From assembly GCA_947258785.1 (NCBI GenBank), contig CAMYJT010000008.1, positions 140,429 to 204,428 on the forward strand: a DNA stretch of 64,000 bases, read 5' to 3'. The DNA is from an uncultured Gammaproteobacteria bacterium (GTDB lineage: Bacteria; Pseudomonadota; Gammaproteobacteria; Arenicellales; JAANXG01). The position numbers and the translations under genes are program-made. The stretch's first letter is position 1. Every line of letters starts with the position of its first letter. Below the pieces are notes generated by a model. That model saw only the letters and a program-made list of their open reading frames with translations, was not told where the DNA came from and did not search any database. Of this stretch, positions 47,720-57,716 are shown in pieces.

Positions 47720-48424
47720 ATGCTCATTGAATTTGTTCCAAAGCAGATTTGGTACGCACAATACCCAGTGACATTTGTCGGTTTGGTGGTGAAAACACGG
47801 ATGACCGTTGTGCGATTGACGGATGGAACACTCTGGGTGCATTCCCCCATCAAACTTGACCCTGATGTCATAAAAGACCTGAATGAATTGGGTGAAGTTG
47901 GATACGTTTGTGCACCCAACCGATTTCATTATCTTTTTGTAGATGACTTCATGACACGCTTTCCGAACGCGTCACTCTTCGTAGCGCCGGGGCTGGCAGA
48001 GAAACACCCTGGGTTTAAGTCTGCCCGGCGCCTCTCCGATCAGCCGGAACCCGAATGGCAGCACGATCTTGACCAATTATTATTCGAAGGCATCCCGCGT
48101 CTGAATGAAGTCGTGTGGCTGCACCGAGCGAGCAAGACTTTGATATTGACGGATTTGTGTCAGTATTTTCGCGAAGACACCACCACTCTCATACGTTTCG
48201 TGACGCAATTGCTGGGTGTCTACAGGAAATTCGGCATGCCACGAACCATAAGGCTGATGGTTAGAAACAAGGCCAAGGCACGTGCGTCTCGCGACAGAAT
48301 TCTGGAGTGGGATTTTCAACGAGTCATCGTGGCCCACGAGCACATCGTTAGTGCGAATGGCAAAAACGCGTTCAGTGAGGTGTTGGCCTGGTTGGGTAAA
48401 GAGGCCGGTTTGCCAGAACCGTAG
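47720..48424 (+). CDS. DUF4336 family protein
   Basis: IWYAQYPVTF...MTVVRL.DGTLWVHSPI...VCAPNRFHYLF pattern. Confidence 0.7.
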   Translation: MLIEFVPKQIWYAQYPVTFVGLVVKTRMTVVRLTDGTLWVHSPIKLDPDVIKDLNELGEVGYVCAPNRFHYLFVDDFMTRFPNASLFVAPGLAEKHPGFKSARRLSDQPEPEWQHDLDQLLFEGIPRLNEVVWLHRASKTLILTDLCQYFREDTTTLIRFVTQLLGVYRKFGMPRTIRLMVRNKAKARASRDRILEWDFQRVIVAHEHIVSANGKNAFSEVLAWLGKEAGLPEP

Positions 48425-48445
48425 ATTACAGTTGCTCAACGAATC

Positions 48446-49420
48446 TTGAACTCGCTTGTTACAAACCGCAAACTCTGGCAACACCTGATCGTTCTCATAA
48501 TGACTGCAACAACCTCTGTGAGCGCGCAAAACGGTTCTGATTCCGATCTGGAGACGATCACTGCGCAGCGGCTCCGCGCGCATGTTGATCACCTGGCCGG
48601 GACCATTGGCGAGCGCAACATATTCCGCCCTCAGGCACTGAACACCGCCGCCGCGTACATCGAACAGACCTGGCGCGTTCAGGGCTACGAGGTGATCGCC
48701 CAGGAATACACCGTAAAAGGCGTGCTCAGCGCGAATCTGGAAGCAACGCGAACAGGGGCCGCGCACCCCGGCGAGCTGCTCCTCATCGGCGCTCATTACG
48801 ACAGTGTTTACGGCAGTCCGGGCGCCAACGACAACGGCAGCGGCGTCGCCACGTTGCTGGAGCTGTCGCGGCTGTTTTCGAGGGTTGCGCCCGCGCGGAG
48901 CGTGCGTTTTGTGGCCTTCACCAACGAGGAACCACCCTTTTTCACCACCGGTCAGCAGGGCAGCATGGTGTACGCCCGCGCGGCACGTGAGCGTGGTGAC
49001 GACATACGATTGATGGTGTCGCTTGAAACTGTCGGCAGCTACTCCGATGCGGCCGGTTCGCAGGCCTATCCGCCACTGTTCCGGTTTTTCTATCCGGATC
49101 GCGGCAACTTCATCGCCCTGGTCAGCAACTTCAGCTCCCGCCCGGCCATGCGGAAGCTCGCGCGGGCCTTTCGCGACAGCTCGGAATTTCCATTGGAATA
49201 CCTGGCAAGCTTTGAGGTGATACCCGGAGTCGCGTGGAGCGATCACCGTTCCTTCTGGAAGCAAGGTTACGACGCGCTGATGGTCACGGACACGGCCTTC
49301 TACCGTTACCCCTACTACCACAGCAGGGCGGATACGCCCGAGAAGCTCAACTACGAGGCATTCGCGGTCATGAGCAACGGACTGTTCCGGGCGCTCGTGC
49401 TGATCGCAAACGAGCAGTAA
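48446..49420 (+). CDS. M28 family zinc aminopeptidase (secreted)
   Basis: Signal peptide. LLLIGAHYDSV...GANDNGSGVATLLEL...FTNEE...SDH metal-ligand motifs. Confidence 0.9.
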   Translation: MNSLVTNRKLWQHLIVLIMTATTSVSAQNGSDSDLETITAQRLRAHVDHLAGTIGERNIFRPQALNTAAAYIEQTWRVQGYEVIAQEYTVKGVLSANLEATRTGAAHPGELLLIGAHYDSVYGSPGANDNGSGVATLLELSRLFSRVAPARSVRFVAFTNEEPPFFTTGQQGSMVYARAARERGDDIRLMVSLETVGSYSDAAGSQAYPPLFRFFYPDRGNFIALVSNFSSRPAMRKLARAFRDSSEFPLEYLASFEVIPGVAWSDHRSFWKQGYDALMVTDTAFYRYPYYHSRADTPEKLNYEAFAVMSNGLFRALVLIANEQ

Positions 49421-49474
49421 AGCAGACACAGTCGGCGGCCGCTACAGTGACCGTGGGATGCCCCGTTGGTGATG

Positions 49475-50398
49475 TTAATGGGTCACGTATTCGAGCGAGT
49501 CCTCGTCGAACGCGGTGGGTTCGATGCCGAAGGTCTCAAACACCGCCGTGGAATCGCAGATGTTACCCTGGACCAGCATGCTGAGCTGATCGCGCGTGAC
49601 CGGGAAAAACGCAAAGCGGTCGAAAAACGTGGCCACGGTGTTCACGACCCACACCGGCACCGGAATCACCGGCTTGGTGACACCCGAAGCGTTGGCGATG
49701 AGGCGTATGATCTCCCGCCAGGCCACGGTCCGCGGGCCGCAAAGTGGATAGACCTGACCAGTGGTTTCGGGCATGTCCAGGGCCTTGACCACGACGGTAG
49801 CCAGGTCGCGGACGTGAATCGGCGACATCTGGAATTTGCCGGCCTCCAGCGGCAACAGGCCGTTGTAAAACAACGGCGCCGGTAGTGGCGAACATATCAC
49901 CTCCCGGTAAAGCTGTTTCGCAAACTCGTTGTTGCCGCGGGGGTCACCGAAAATCAGCGACGGGCGGAACACGGTCCAGTCCAGGTCGGTACAGCGCAGG
50001 GCCTCCTCCGCCATGTATTTGGTGCGTTGATAGCCGGTTCCGTCCGCTTTGACACCGTTCGCGCTCATCAGCAGAAAACGCCGAACCCCCTGTGCTTCGG
50101 CGATCTCCATGCTGCGTTTAGCGCCGTCGAAATGCAGCGCTTGATAGGTGATGCCGTCCTGAGGAAATTCTCGAATAATGCCGATGTTATAGATCACCGC
50201 CTCGCTGTCTTTTAATACATCGCGCACGGCGTGGGCGTCTTCCACATCCCCTGCCACTAAACTACAGCGTTCGGGTTGTTGTATCTTGCCCTCGCTGCCC
50301 AGCCGCACCAGCAACAACGGGTCGTGTCCGTGCTCGAGCAGTTGTTCGACAATATAGCTGCCGACGAATCCAGTCCCACCCAGCAACGCCACCCTCAT
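49475..50398 (-). CDS. NAD(P)H-binding atypical SDR (NDUFA9/NmrA-like)
   Basis: MRVALLGGTGFVGSYIVEQLLEHGH Rossmann motif. Confidence 0.85.
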   Translation of the reverse strand: MRVALLGGTGFVGSYIVEQLLEHGHDPLLLVRLGSEGKIQQPERCSLVAGDVEDAHAVRDVLKDSEAVIYNIGIIREFPQDGITYQALHFDGAKRSMEIAEAQGVRRFLLMSANGVKADGTGYQRTKYMAEEALRCTDLDWTVFRPSLIFGDPRGNNEFAKQLYREVICSPLPAPLFYNGLLPLEAGKFQMSPIHVRDLATVVVKALDMPETTGQVYPLCGPRTVAWREIIRLIANASGVTKPVIPVPVWVVNTVATFFDRFAFFPVTRDQLSMLVQGNICDSTAVFETFGIEPTAFDEDSLEYVTH

Positions 50399-50922
50399 AC
50401 AAACACCTCCCCGGCTTGCATCTGCGGACCCGCCGCATCGGTTAATGTACGCTCTTTGCCGGACCCAAACATTCCTGCAATAACACTACGTCGATAGTCA
50501 AAGATGTGTTCCAGATTCGGCCGCACGTACATGCGGTGCAGCAGGTCACGGGGGACGCCCCAAAGGGGTAACGGCAAAGCGTAACGGACGAGATCATGGA
50601 TGACCGTGTACGTGCCATGGCGCTCGAACGTATGCGTATGGTGCCAGAACGAATACGGCCCCTTGATCTGCTCGTCGACAAAGCACAGCGGTGGCTCGTA
50701 AGTGGTAATCATACTGCGCCAGCGCACTTGTACACCCAACATCCGGATGGTGTAGTCAATAGTCCGCCCCCGCTCCATGGTCACAGGGCTCGGCGTCAGT
50801 ACGCGGAACGCCAGCGAGGATGGGGTAATGAGTGCGAGATTCTCGGCCTTGGTGAAGAACAAAAAAATGTTCTCCAGCGGTTTCTGCACGACTTGCTCGC
50901 GTTTCAGTGTGTACACGTGCAT
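50395..50922 (-). CDS. SRPBCC (START/cyclase-dehydrase fold) family protein
   Basis: 175 aa. FFTKAENLALITP...F.DEQIKGPYSFWHHTHTFE pattern. Its stop overlaps the start of the SDR gene. Confidence 0.7.
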   Translation of the reverse strand: MHVYTLKREQVVQKPLENIFLFFTKAENLALITPSSLAFRVLTPSPVTMERGRTIDYTIRMLGVQVRWRSMITTYEPPLCFVDEQIKGPYSFWHHTHTFERHGTYTVIHDLVRYALPLPLWGVPRDLLHRMYVRPNLEHIFDYRRSVIAGMFGSGKERTLTDAAGPQMQAGEVFV

Positions 50923-50944
50923 GGCGGCCGGTGTTTACCGAGTT

Positions 50945-51169
50945 TCACAATGACGTACAGGGCGACCCGGTGCAGCGGCGCTCAAGGTGCCGGCGCGCCA
51001 TCGCATCGCTCCATGACAGGCTGTATTGCAAAATCGCCTCAAATTGTTGGGTGATGTCCAGCCGGCGTATGCGCTCCTCCCAATCGGCACGCCGATAGTA
51101 GTCGATCTCGCGCCGGCACAAAGGGCAGCCGCCATCGTAAAAGACTTTAGATTTGTCAGACTGGTTCAA
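50945..51169 (-). CDS. DCC-family thiol-disulfide oxidoreductase (DUF393), unusually short and possibly truncated
   Basis: VFYDGGCPLCRREIDYYRR motif. It is only 74 aa, whereas I recall 120-140 aa as usual, and it ends 22 bp before the SRPBCC start. Confidence 0.55.
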   Translation of the reverse strand: MNQSDKSKVFYDGGCPLCRREIDYYRRADWEERIRRLDITQQFEAILQYSLSWSDAMARRHLERRCTGSPCTSL

Positions 51170-51666
51170 ATCGACACTTCGCCAATAGTGATAATAACAT
51201 TAGCTGATTGCTGATGTTATCCAAAACTATGTTAGCGCGGTGTGAAAACTCGTTGTGACCGATGGGCCTTATCGCCCGTATATCACGCCGTGAAGCCCAA
51301 CGGTTAGCAATTATAGATTCCTTGCGCTCTGATAACTACACGCGAATAAGGCCGTCTTTCAATCCCGCGTATTAACCCTCTGTTGAAGTCCAGATTTTCT
51401 CTGATTGACAATGCATTTCGCGCTAAACGGACCGTTATCCGGGTATGACACAAACTCCGGACTCGCAAGAAAAAGACGTCGGATCGGTTAACTCCGACCC
51501 CTTTATCTTTCGAAATCTTCACACTACGGGATCAAGAAGACAAACAGCTCTCTGGGTAAGCTTCAGACACAATAAAGTTTTCAATCGGCGACGACGAGTC
51601 GAGGCAGTATGGGACAATCGACGAACATGTCCCACGGGTGTATCCCGCAGCGGGAAGGAATATCTC

Positions 51667-53220
51667 ATGAGCCGAGACGAGGAAGGCAGGGCAAAATACC
51701 GGAGGTTTTCAGTGACGCAAAGGCTCCGTTTCCAGCGAGCGCTGGCGGATCTCAATAACTATTACCTGCTTCGACTGGACACCAACGATCCGCAGGAAGC
51801 GGGACGCCTGTGTGACATGCTGAACGCCAGCAAGATCGTCGAGATCGCTTACGTTCCGGCACAAGCCGCCGACCCCGACCCTCAGAGCGGGGAATGCACC
51901 GACATCCCTCCGGTAACCCCGCACTGGGAGAGCTCCCAGAACTATCGCGCCGCCGCCCCTAGCGGAATCGACGTTGCGGCGGCGTGGGCGGCGGGCGTCA
52001 GGGGACGCGGTGATCCCGATTACTGGGTCGTGGACGTCGAGCAGGGCTGGAATGTCGAGCACGAGGATCTAGACGTCAACATCGACGACGTGCTGAATGG
52101 CCCCTACAACAATGAGAAGCGGAACCACGGCACAGCCGTACTGGGCGAGATCGGTGCCTGCGACAACGGCTTCGGTATGACGGGCATTGTTCCAGATGCC
52201 CAGATGAAGATGGTGGATTGGAACCTCGAACCGAACCTCGCGACGGCCTTCGACGTGGCCACCTCTCATCTTGCCGCCGGAGAAATCTACCTGATCGAGA
52301 TCCAGATCTTCGGTCCCTTCGACTTCCTGCCGGTGGAGTGGGAGCAGGCCAACTTCGACGCCATCCAGCTCCACACGTCCCTCGGCATCGTGGTCGTCGA
52401 GGCGGCGGGCAACGGCGGCGAGGATCTCGACGATCAATCCCGCTACGGGCAACTGTTCGACCGCAACTTCCGTGATTCGGGAGCGATCATGGTCGGAGCC
52501 GGGGCGTCGCTCAACCACGGACCGCTGTCCTTCACCAACTATGGCAGCCGGGTCGACTGTCAGGGCTACGGTCACAACGTGTACACCACCGGTTACGGTG
52601 TGCTCTTCGGACCCGACGTCGACCAGTACTACACCGGCGGCTTCAACGGAACGTCCAGCGCAAGCCCCATCGTCACCGGGGCGGCAGCGGCAACGGTGCT
52701 GTTGCAGCACGAGCTGACCGGACGCAATCTGACACCGGCGGAGGTGCGTGCGTTGCTCTCCACATTCGGGACACCCCAAGGCCCACCGACATCGGACCAC
52801 ATCGGCGTCCTGCCCGATCTGGCGCAGATCATCAACAACTTGTTGCCCGGTCTCGGAAAGATCGCCGATCTCGACGCCGCGTCGCGCATGGCACTGGCGG
52901 GTAGCACGTTCGACATGACGGGCAGTGTGACCAACACCCTTGCTACAACTGACAACGTGGACGTGTGGGCCGAGGTGATCGAGGCGGGTGAAAATCGTCC
53001 CCCCACCGGGACACTGATCTTCGGCCCGGTAAAGCTTCCGCTTGGGACAAACGAGACGATGGATCAACCCTTCACGCACACGTTCGGCACCACCGGGCAC
53101 CACATCGTGACCTTTTATGCGGGAGTCTTTCCAATCGCCGTGGTCAGCCGGGCGCATATCCACGTCATGGTCACGACGGCCTGCGCCGATCCCAGCGATC
53201 CGGCTTGTGGCGGATCCTAG
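51667..53220 (+). CDS. subtilisin-like S8 serine peptidase without a recognisable signal peptide
   Basis: Asp (VVDVEQGW), His (HGTAVLGEI) and Ser (GTSSASPIVTGAAA) triad contexts. An I9-like propeptide segment. GGAAGGA precedes the ATG at 51667. The stop TAG lies in the MITE-flanking CTAG. Confidence 0.88.
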   Translation: MSRDEEGRAKYRRFSVTQRLRFQRALADLNNYYLLRLDTNDPQEAGRLCDMLNASKIVEIAYVPAQAADPDPQSGECTDIPPVTPHWESSQNYRAAAPSGIDVAAAWAAGVRGRGDPDYWVVDVEQGWNVEHEDLDVNIDDVLNGPYNNEKRNHGTAVLGEIGACDNGFGMTGIVPDAQMKMVDWNLEPNLATAFDVATSHLAAGEIYLIEIQIFGPFDFLPVEWEQANFDAIQLHTSLGIVVVEAAGNGGEDLDDQSRYGQLFDRNFRDSGAIMVGAGASLNHGPLSFTNYGSRVDCQGYGHNVYTTGYGVLFGPDVDQYYTGGFNGTSSASPIVTGAAAATVLLQHELTGRNLTPAEVRALLSTFGTPQGPPTSDHIGVLPDLAQIINNLLPGLGKIADLDAASRMALAGSTFDMTGSVTNTLATTDNVDVWAEVIEAGENRPPTGTLIFGPVKLPLGTNETMDQPFTHTFGTTGHHIVTFYAGVFPIAVVSRAHIHVMVTTACADPSDPACGGS

Positions 53221-53427
53221 CCCGCATATTGCACCAGTATCCGGGAAGCTGGCGCAGGACAGGGGCGGTAACAACGCCGGACTGGCGCGAAAGCCATAGC
53301 CGTAGCTATGGCTTGAGTGAAGTCCAAGTTCCGGCGTGCCCAAGCCAAACAGGGCGAATTCGAGATGTGTAAACAATGTTTCACTCAGTTACCTCAAGGC
53401 CGGTAGCCGACTGGTGCAATACGCGGG
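53221..53427. mobile_element. 207-bp MITE (second subfamily), flanked by CTAG/CTAG
   Basis: Terminal repeats CCCGCATATTGCACCAG and CTGGTGCAATACGCGGG match 16/17. CTAG at 53217-53220 and 53428-53431. Internal hairpin GCCATAGC-CGTA-GCTATGGC at 53293-53312. The left half is about 70% similar to the 32847 copy and the right half is diverged. Confidence 0.85.
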
Positions 53428-53902
53428 CTAGCCGGCCCGGCCCCGGATAACACCGAGCAGCATGCCAGAGCGGCCGAGATCGAGGGAATCTTGCCGTGAT
53501 CTCGGACTGTGTGGATCCACCCGGCAAGCCTCACGACAGCTCGTGCTGACGCCGCTCATCCGGCCGTCAGCTTGGGTCTTTGCGCAGAACCCCAAACCGC
53601 TTTACGTTCCATCTCGCTTTTCACGGTTCTTTCGCTTCGAAAGGAACGGCGACGATGAATTCACGATGACTGTGCCGTTGCCGTCGATGCGTTGTTGGCA
53701 CTTCGAATCGGTACAAAATCCCCAACCATCAAAGCATTGTTCGAATTTTGACTGACTTGGTTGGATTGGCTCAGTACAACCCAGGGTGCAGGCGATTACC
53801 ACTCATCACGCAGCATCGATCAACAGTTGTTCGCAATAAAGAGCCGTGTATACTTAATAGACTTTATGCTTCGATTGGGTTAATAACACGTGGGAGCGGG
53901 TT

Positions 53903-54349
53903 ATGAATTCAAAGCGCAAACGATGGATTTCTACACCGATCGGCATCGTGGTCTTCAGTTTGCTACCAGTTGCCGGTAGCCTGGGCCAGATAACCACACC
54001 CTGCGACATCGAATTGACTCAGGGGATCTACCAGATCGGCGACACTGTGGAGGCGAATGTCTTCAGACTGACCAACGCATCACAGGAAACGCAGTTCTTC
54101 GAATGGAAGCTGTGGCTCGAATCTCCCGATCTTTCGATTCTGTCGCTCGTAAACATGGGTTCAGACATGTCGTTGGCGCTCCCGGGCGGTTTCGATTTCG
54201 ACTTTGCAGTCTTCGGGAATATTCAACTGTTTACCGCGGATGGCGTGATATTCACGTCCGGGAACTATGAACTCGGCTGCCGCCTCCTCGACCCGGTCAC
54301 TGGCGCGGAGTATCCGCAGGCGGATGTGATCCAGTTCCAGGTCAATTAG
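53903..54349 (+). CDS. small secreted hypothetical protein (148 aa)
   Basis: Signal peptide MNSKRKRWISTPIGIVVFSLLPVAGSLG. No domain recognised. Confidence 0.55.
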   Translation: MNSKRKRWISTPIGIVVFSLLPVAGSLGQITTPCDIELTQGIYQIGDTVEANVFRLTNASQETQFFEWKLWLESPDLSILSLVNMGSDMSLALPGGFDFDFAVFGNIQLFTADGVIFTSGNYELGCRLLDPVTGAEYPQADVIQFQVN

Positions 54350-55028
54350 AAGACACGGCCACCGCAGCGCCTGGAACCACTCACTATTGTCAGGACGTCT
54401 TCGCCGTCCGGCAGATGGTACGCCGGTGGCTCCCTCTCCCCCATCACCGTCGAGAGTGTACCGAAGTACACCTCGAGCGCGTCATCGCGCCGCGGTCGAA
54501 GAGGACCTGAGAGAAGGCCGTCGAGCGCGATCTCTGCGTTGTCAAGCGTGGGCCGAGCGCCCTATTCTCGATGAGGTCGGCCCCACACGCAAGCGTACCC
54601 ACCGGGTCTCGGAGCCGGCTTCGTGCTGCCCTTGTCCGACCGGGATGTGCGATCTCGGTGGAGATTGACGAGGGCGGGATTCAAGCAGACCTGTGCGTTG
54701 CGCTTCCATGCAATTATTGTCCCTGAAGATGGAGCAGGAAGACGTGGGCGGCGCGAAGATCTCCGCCAGGAGCCTGCCGGTCTCGGGACAGCGGGTGCGG
54801 TTCTGCTCGAGCCCGAGCCCACGATCGTGAACGCCTTCGTGCCTAACGCCGTTATTACGCACGCATAGTCAATAACTTAGGCGGTTCATTCGAAAAGCTG
54901 CTAAAACTATATCCATAGACTGAATTCACGCCCATTTCGGGTTACATGCGTTATTGACCAGTACAAAAATATTGTGAGAGTTGGTGGAGGGTCACCGCTC
55001 ACGAACGAGTTACCTGTGGAGACATCTT

Positions 55029-56819
55029 ATGCGTTGGTATGAGAAGCTCAATGTCCGTCTGATGGCGCCAATTCTCATTGTGCTCCTGATTTCGATCTCG
55101 AGTTCCCTCAGCTGGTTGCACACGCGGCAGGAAGCTCAGCTCATAGAGCGAGCACGGGACAAAACCATCGTCGTCAATCAGGTCGTCAAAACGGCGATAC
55201 GTAACCAGATGCTGCGAAACGTCGACAATTCGGCGCAGGATACGATTTCTCTAATTCAAAGCCGGACCGGGCTGAACGACATTTCGGTTGTATCCAAGGA
55301 GGGTAAGATCCGTTTATCTTCGAACCCCGCTAAGATCGGGGAAAGTGTCCATTGGGGGCACCCGACCTGCGTCGTGTGTCATTCCTCCAAAGCGCTGCCT
55401 AAAACACAGACGATACTCTTGGATGTGGAAGATTCAAAAATTTTTAGGTCTATGAATCTCATCAAGAACGAGGTTCAGTGCCACCAGTGTCATGGGGATG
55501 CTGAGAAATACCTGGGTGTCCTGATCGTGGATCAAAACACGAGCGAAGACATGACATCGATAACTCAGGTTCAGAAATCCCTCGTTGGAGCGGGCTCAAT
55601 GACACTATTGGCGATCTTCGGTCTCGTCATTATCATCGTGCAACGGCTTGTCCAGAAGCCGGTGGATAAGCTGCTCGACGGTATTCGTCGAATTCGCGAC
55701 CAGGACTTTAACACGCAGATCGATACCACCGCCGGAGGTGAATTGGGCGAACTGGCCGGTGCGTTCAACGATATGGTAACTGACACGCGATGCTATGTTC
55801 AGCAGATCAAGAACAAGACCACCGAGCTTTCCACTCTTTATTCGATCGTTGAACGCGTTACTCGCAGCATCGACTTGGATCAGCTCAAAACAATAATCCT
55901 GGATATTATGATGGATTCGTTTTCGGACATTTCGCTGGGCGCCATCGTGTTCCGGGCGCGGGACGAGAGTGGCGTCCAAGTCAGTTTTCGAAATGCTGGC
56001 GATTCTGCAATGGTATGCAGTACCTTTGACGACTATTCCAGGCAGGTCCAGGACATGTTCGAACCTGAAACACTGAAACGATGGTTCGCAGGAGAAATCA
56101 AAGAGGTGGTTTACATGGACCAGAATAATGCGATTCTGGTACCTCTACGGTCAGAGGATAAGGACATCGGGATGTTGTACGCGCGCAAACGTGAGGGCGA
56201 GGTATTTCTGGATAGTGAAATTCAACTGCTCGACGCACTGCGCACTCACGTCTCCGTAGCATTGGAAAATGCACGTCTGTACACCCTGGCCATTACTGAT
56301 GAACTGACACAGCTCTACAGCCTGCGGTACTTTCAACACGCTCTGCAGGAGGAGACCGCAAAATATCTTCGTTACGGTCAAAAACATGCGCTTTTAATGC
56401 TCGATTTGGATGATTTTAAGCGGGTCAACGACAGCCACGGTCACCCAGCCGGTGATGCCGTCCTGACACAGATCGGAAAGATCTTAATGCGCTGTGTACG
56501 TGATGTTGACATCGTGTCGCGATACGGCGGCGAAGAATTCGCCATTATCCTGCCCGAGGCGGATGAGAAAGCCGCGCAGGTAGTGGCGGAACGGATCCGC
56601 ACGGAGACCGAAAACACCAATATAATAGTGGGGGACGAATCCATACAGTGCACAATCAGTATTGGCATAACATGCTGTCCCACGCAGGCTACAAACGTCC
56701 GCGATCTCGTCGAAACGGCGGACTGCGCCCTCTACCGGGCCAAAGCACTGGGAAAGAATCAGGTGTGTTCGGCCTCAGCGCTTGATGACGAAAATCCGAG
56801 CGCCCTCTCGAACGCCTGA
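55029..56819 (+). CDS. diguanylate cyclase: periplasmic sensor with two CXXCH motifs, then HAMP, GAF-like and GGDEF domains
   Basis: TM1 (aa 10-30), a ~170-aa periplasmic domain with CVVCH (55368-55382) and CHQCH (55479-55493), TM2, HAMP (ELAGAFNDMV), and RYGGEEFAIILP with a RxxD-type I-site region. Confidence 0.9.
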   Translation: MRWYEKLNVRLMAPILIVLLISISSSLSWLHTRQEAQLIERARDKTIVVNQVVKTAIRNQMLRNVDNSAQDTISLIQSRTGLNDISVVSKEGKIRLSSNPAKIGESVHWGHPTCVVCHSSKALPKTQTILLDVEDSKIFRSMNLIKNEVQCHQCHGDAEKYLGVLIVDQNTSEDMTSITQVQKSLVGAGSMTLLAIFGLVIIIVQRLVQKPVDKLLDGIRRIRDQDFNTQIDTTAGGELGELAGAFNDMVTDTRCYVQQIKNKTTELSTLYSIVERVTRSIDLDQLKTIILDIMMDSFSDISLGAIVFRARDESGVQVSFRNAGDSAMVCSTFDDYSRQVQDMFEPETLKRWFAGEIKEVVYMDQNNAILVPLRSEDKDIGMLYARKREGEVFLDSEIQLLDALRTHVSVALENARLYTLAITDELTQLYSLRYFQHALQEETAKYLRYGQKHALLMLDLDDFKRVNDSHGHPAGDAVLTQIGKILMRCVRDVDIVSRYGGEEFAIILPEADEKAAQVVAERIRTETENTNIIVGDESIQCTISIGITCCPTQATNVRDLVETADCALYRAKALGKNQVCSASALDDENPSALSNA

Positions 56820-56984
56820 ATCTGTCCTCCAGGCTTCGTTATGTGACCGACGGCGCGTTGGTTCATTTGCCGACGTGCTGGCTGGCGGCGTGCAATGCTG
56901 TTTCCAATCGCCTGAACAGGCGTTGCACAAAATCAATGAGGGGGCGTAAAGAGGTCCGGCTTAACCGGCTTATTGCCAGCGTAC

Positions 56985-57716
56985 TCATTCGCGTCGGTGT
57001 ATAAATAGACCCTCTGGTTGCCAGTCTTCGGTGAGCCGCTGCGCCGCATCGATTTGAACAACCGTCATGCGCTTGGCGAGGATATCTCTGTACCTTCTTG
57101 CCTGCTCGATCATTCCATTGTCTGCCGCGAGACTGAACCATTTATATGCTTGCACGTAATCCTTGGGTACGCCCTGCCCATTGGCATACACGACAGCGAG
57201 ATTGTGCTGCGCATTCTGATGGCCTTGCTCCGCTGCTTGGCGATACCAGGTGAAGGCCCTTTCGTAGTCCCGGGTGGTGCCTTGGCCATTGGCGTACATG
57301 ATGCCTAAGTTGTACTGAGCCTCGGCAAGGTTTTGTTCAGCCCCCTTGCGATACCAGATAAATGCCTGCTCGTCATCCCGCGGTATGCCTTTGTTACCAT
57401 CATACATGACGCCCAGATTGTATTGTGCTTTGGCGTAGCCCTGTTCCGCTGCTTTGCGATACCAGGCAAAGGCCTCCCGGCCGCTGCGGTACACACCATG
57501 CCCGTGTTCGTACATCACACCCAGATTGTGCTGCGCGCTGGGGTAGCCCTGATCGGCCAGCCGTTGAAATATGGGAAGCGCACTCTGATAGTCACCCGCT
57601 CGAGTTGCCAGCAAGGCGCGCAGCAACTCCTCCTCGTAACCGCGATCAGCCCACACACAGGGTGCACAGGCTATTGCACTAACCACAAACAAGGTTTTGC
57701 GGTGGATTTTAAACAT
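56985..57716 (-). CDS. secreted Sel1-like repeat (SLR) protein
   Basis: Signal peptide, then 5 repeats of A..WY.KAAEQG...AQ.NLG.MY..G.GV..D. Confidence 0.9.
   Translation of the reverse strand: MFKIHRKTLFVVSAIACAPCVWADRGYEEELLRALLATRAGDYQSALPIFQRLADQGYPSAQHNLGVMYEHGHGVYRSGREAFAWYRKAAEQGYAKAQYNLGVMYDGNKGIPRDDEQAFIWYRKGAEQNLAEAQYNLGIMYANGQGTTRDYERAFTWYRQAAEQGHQNAQHNLAVVYANGQGVPKDYVQAYKWFSLAADNGMIEQARRYRDILAKRMTVVQIDAAQRLTEDWQPEGLFIHRRE

Noticed and set aside
53602-53802. 66-codon Cys-rich minus-strand ORF (MVIACTLGCTEPIQ...) that might be a small lipoprotein.
   Set aside because: The putative signal segment is only 8 residues, the lipobox is non-canonical, and there is no RBS. It lies in an apparently decayed region.
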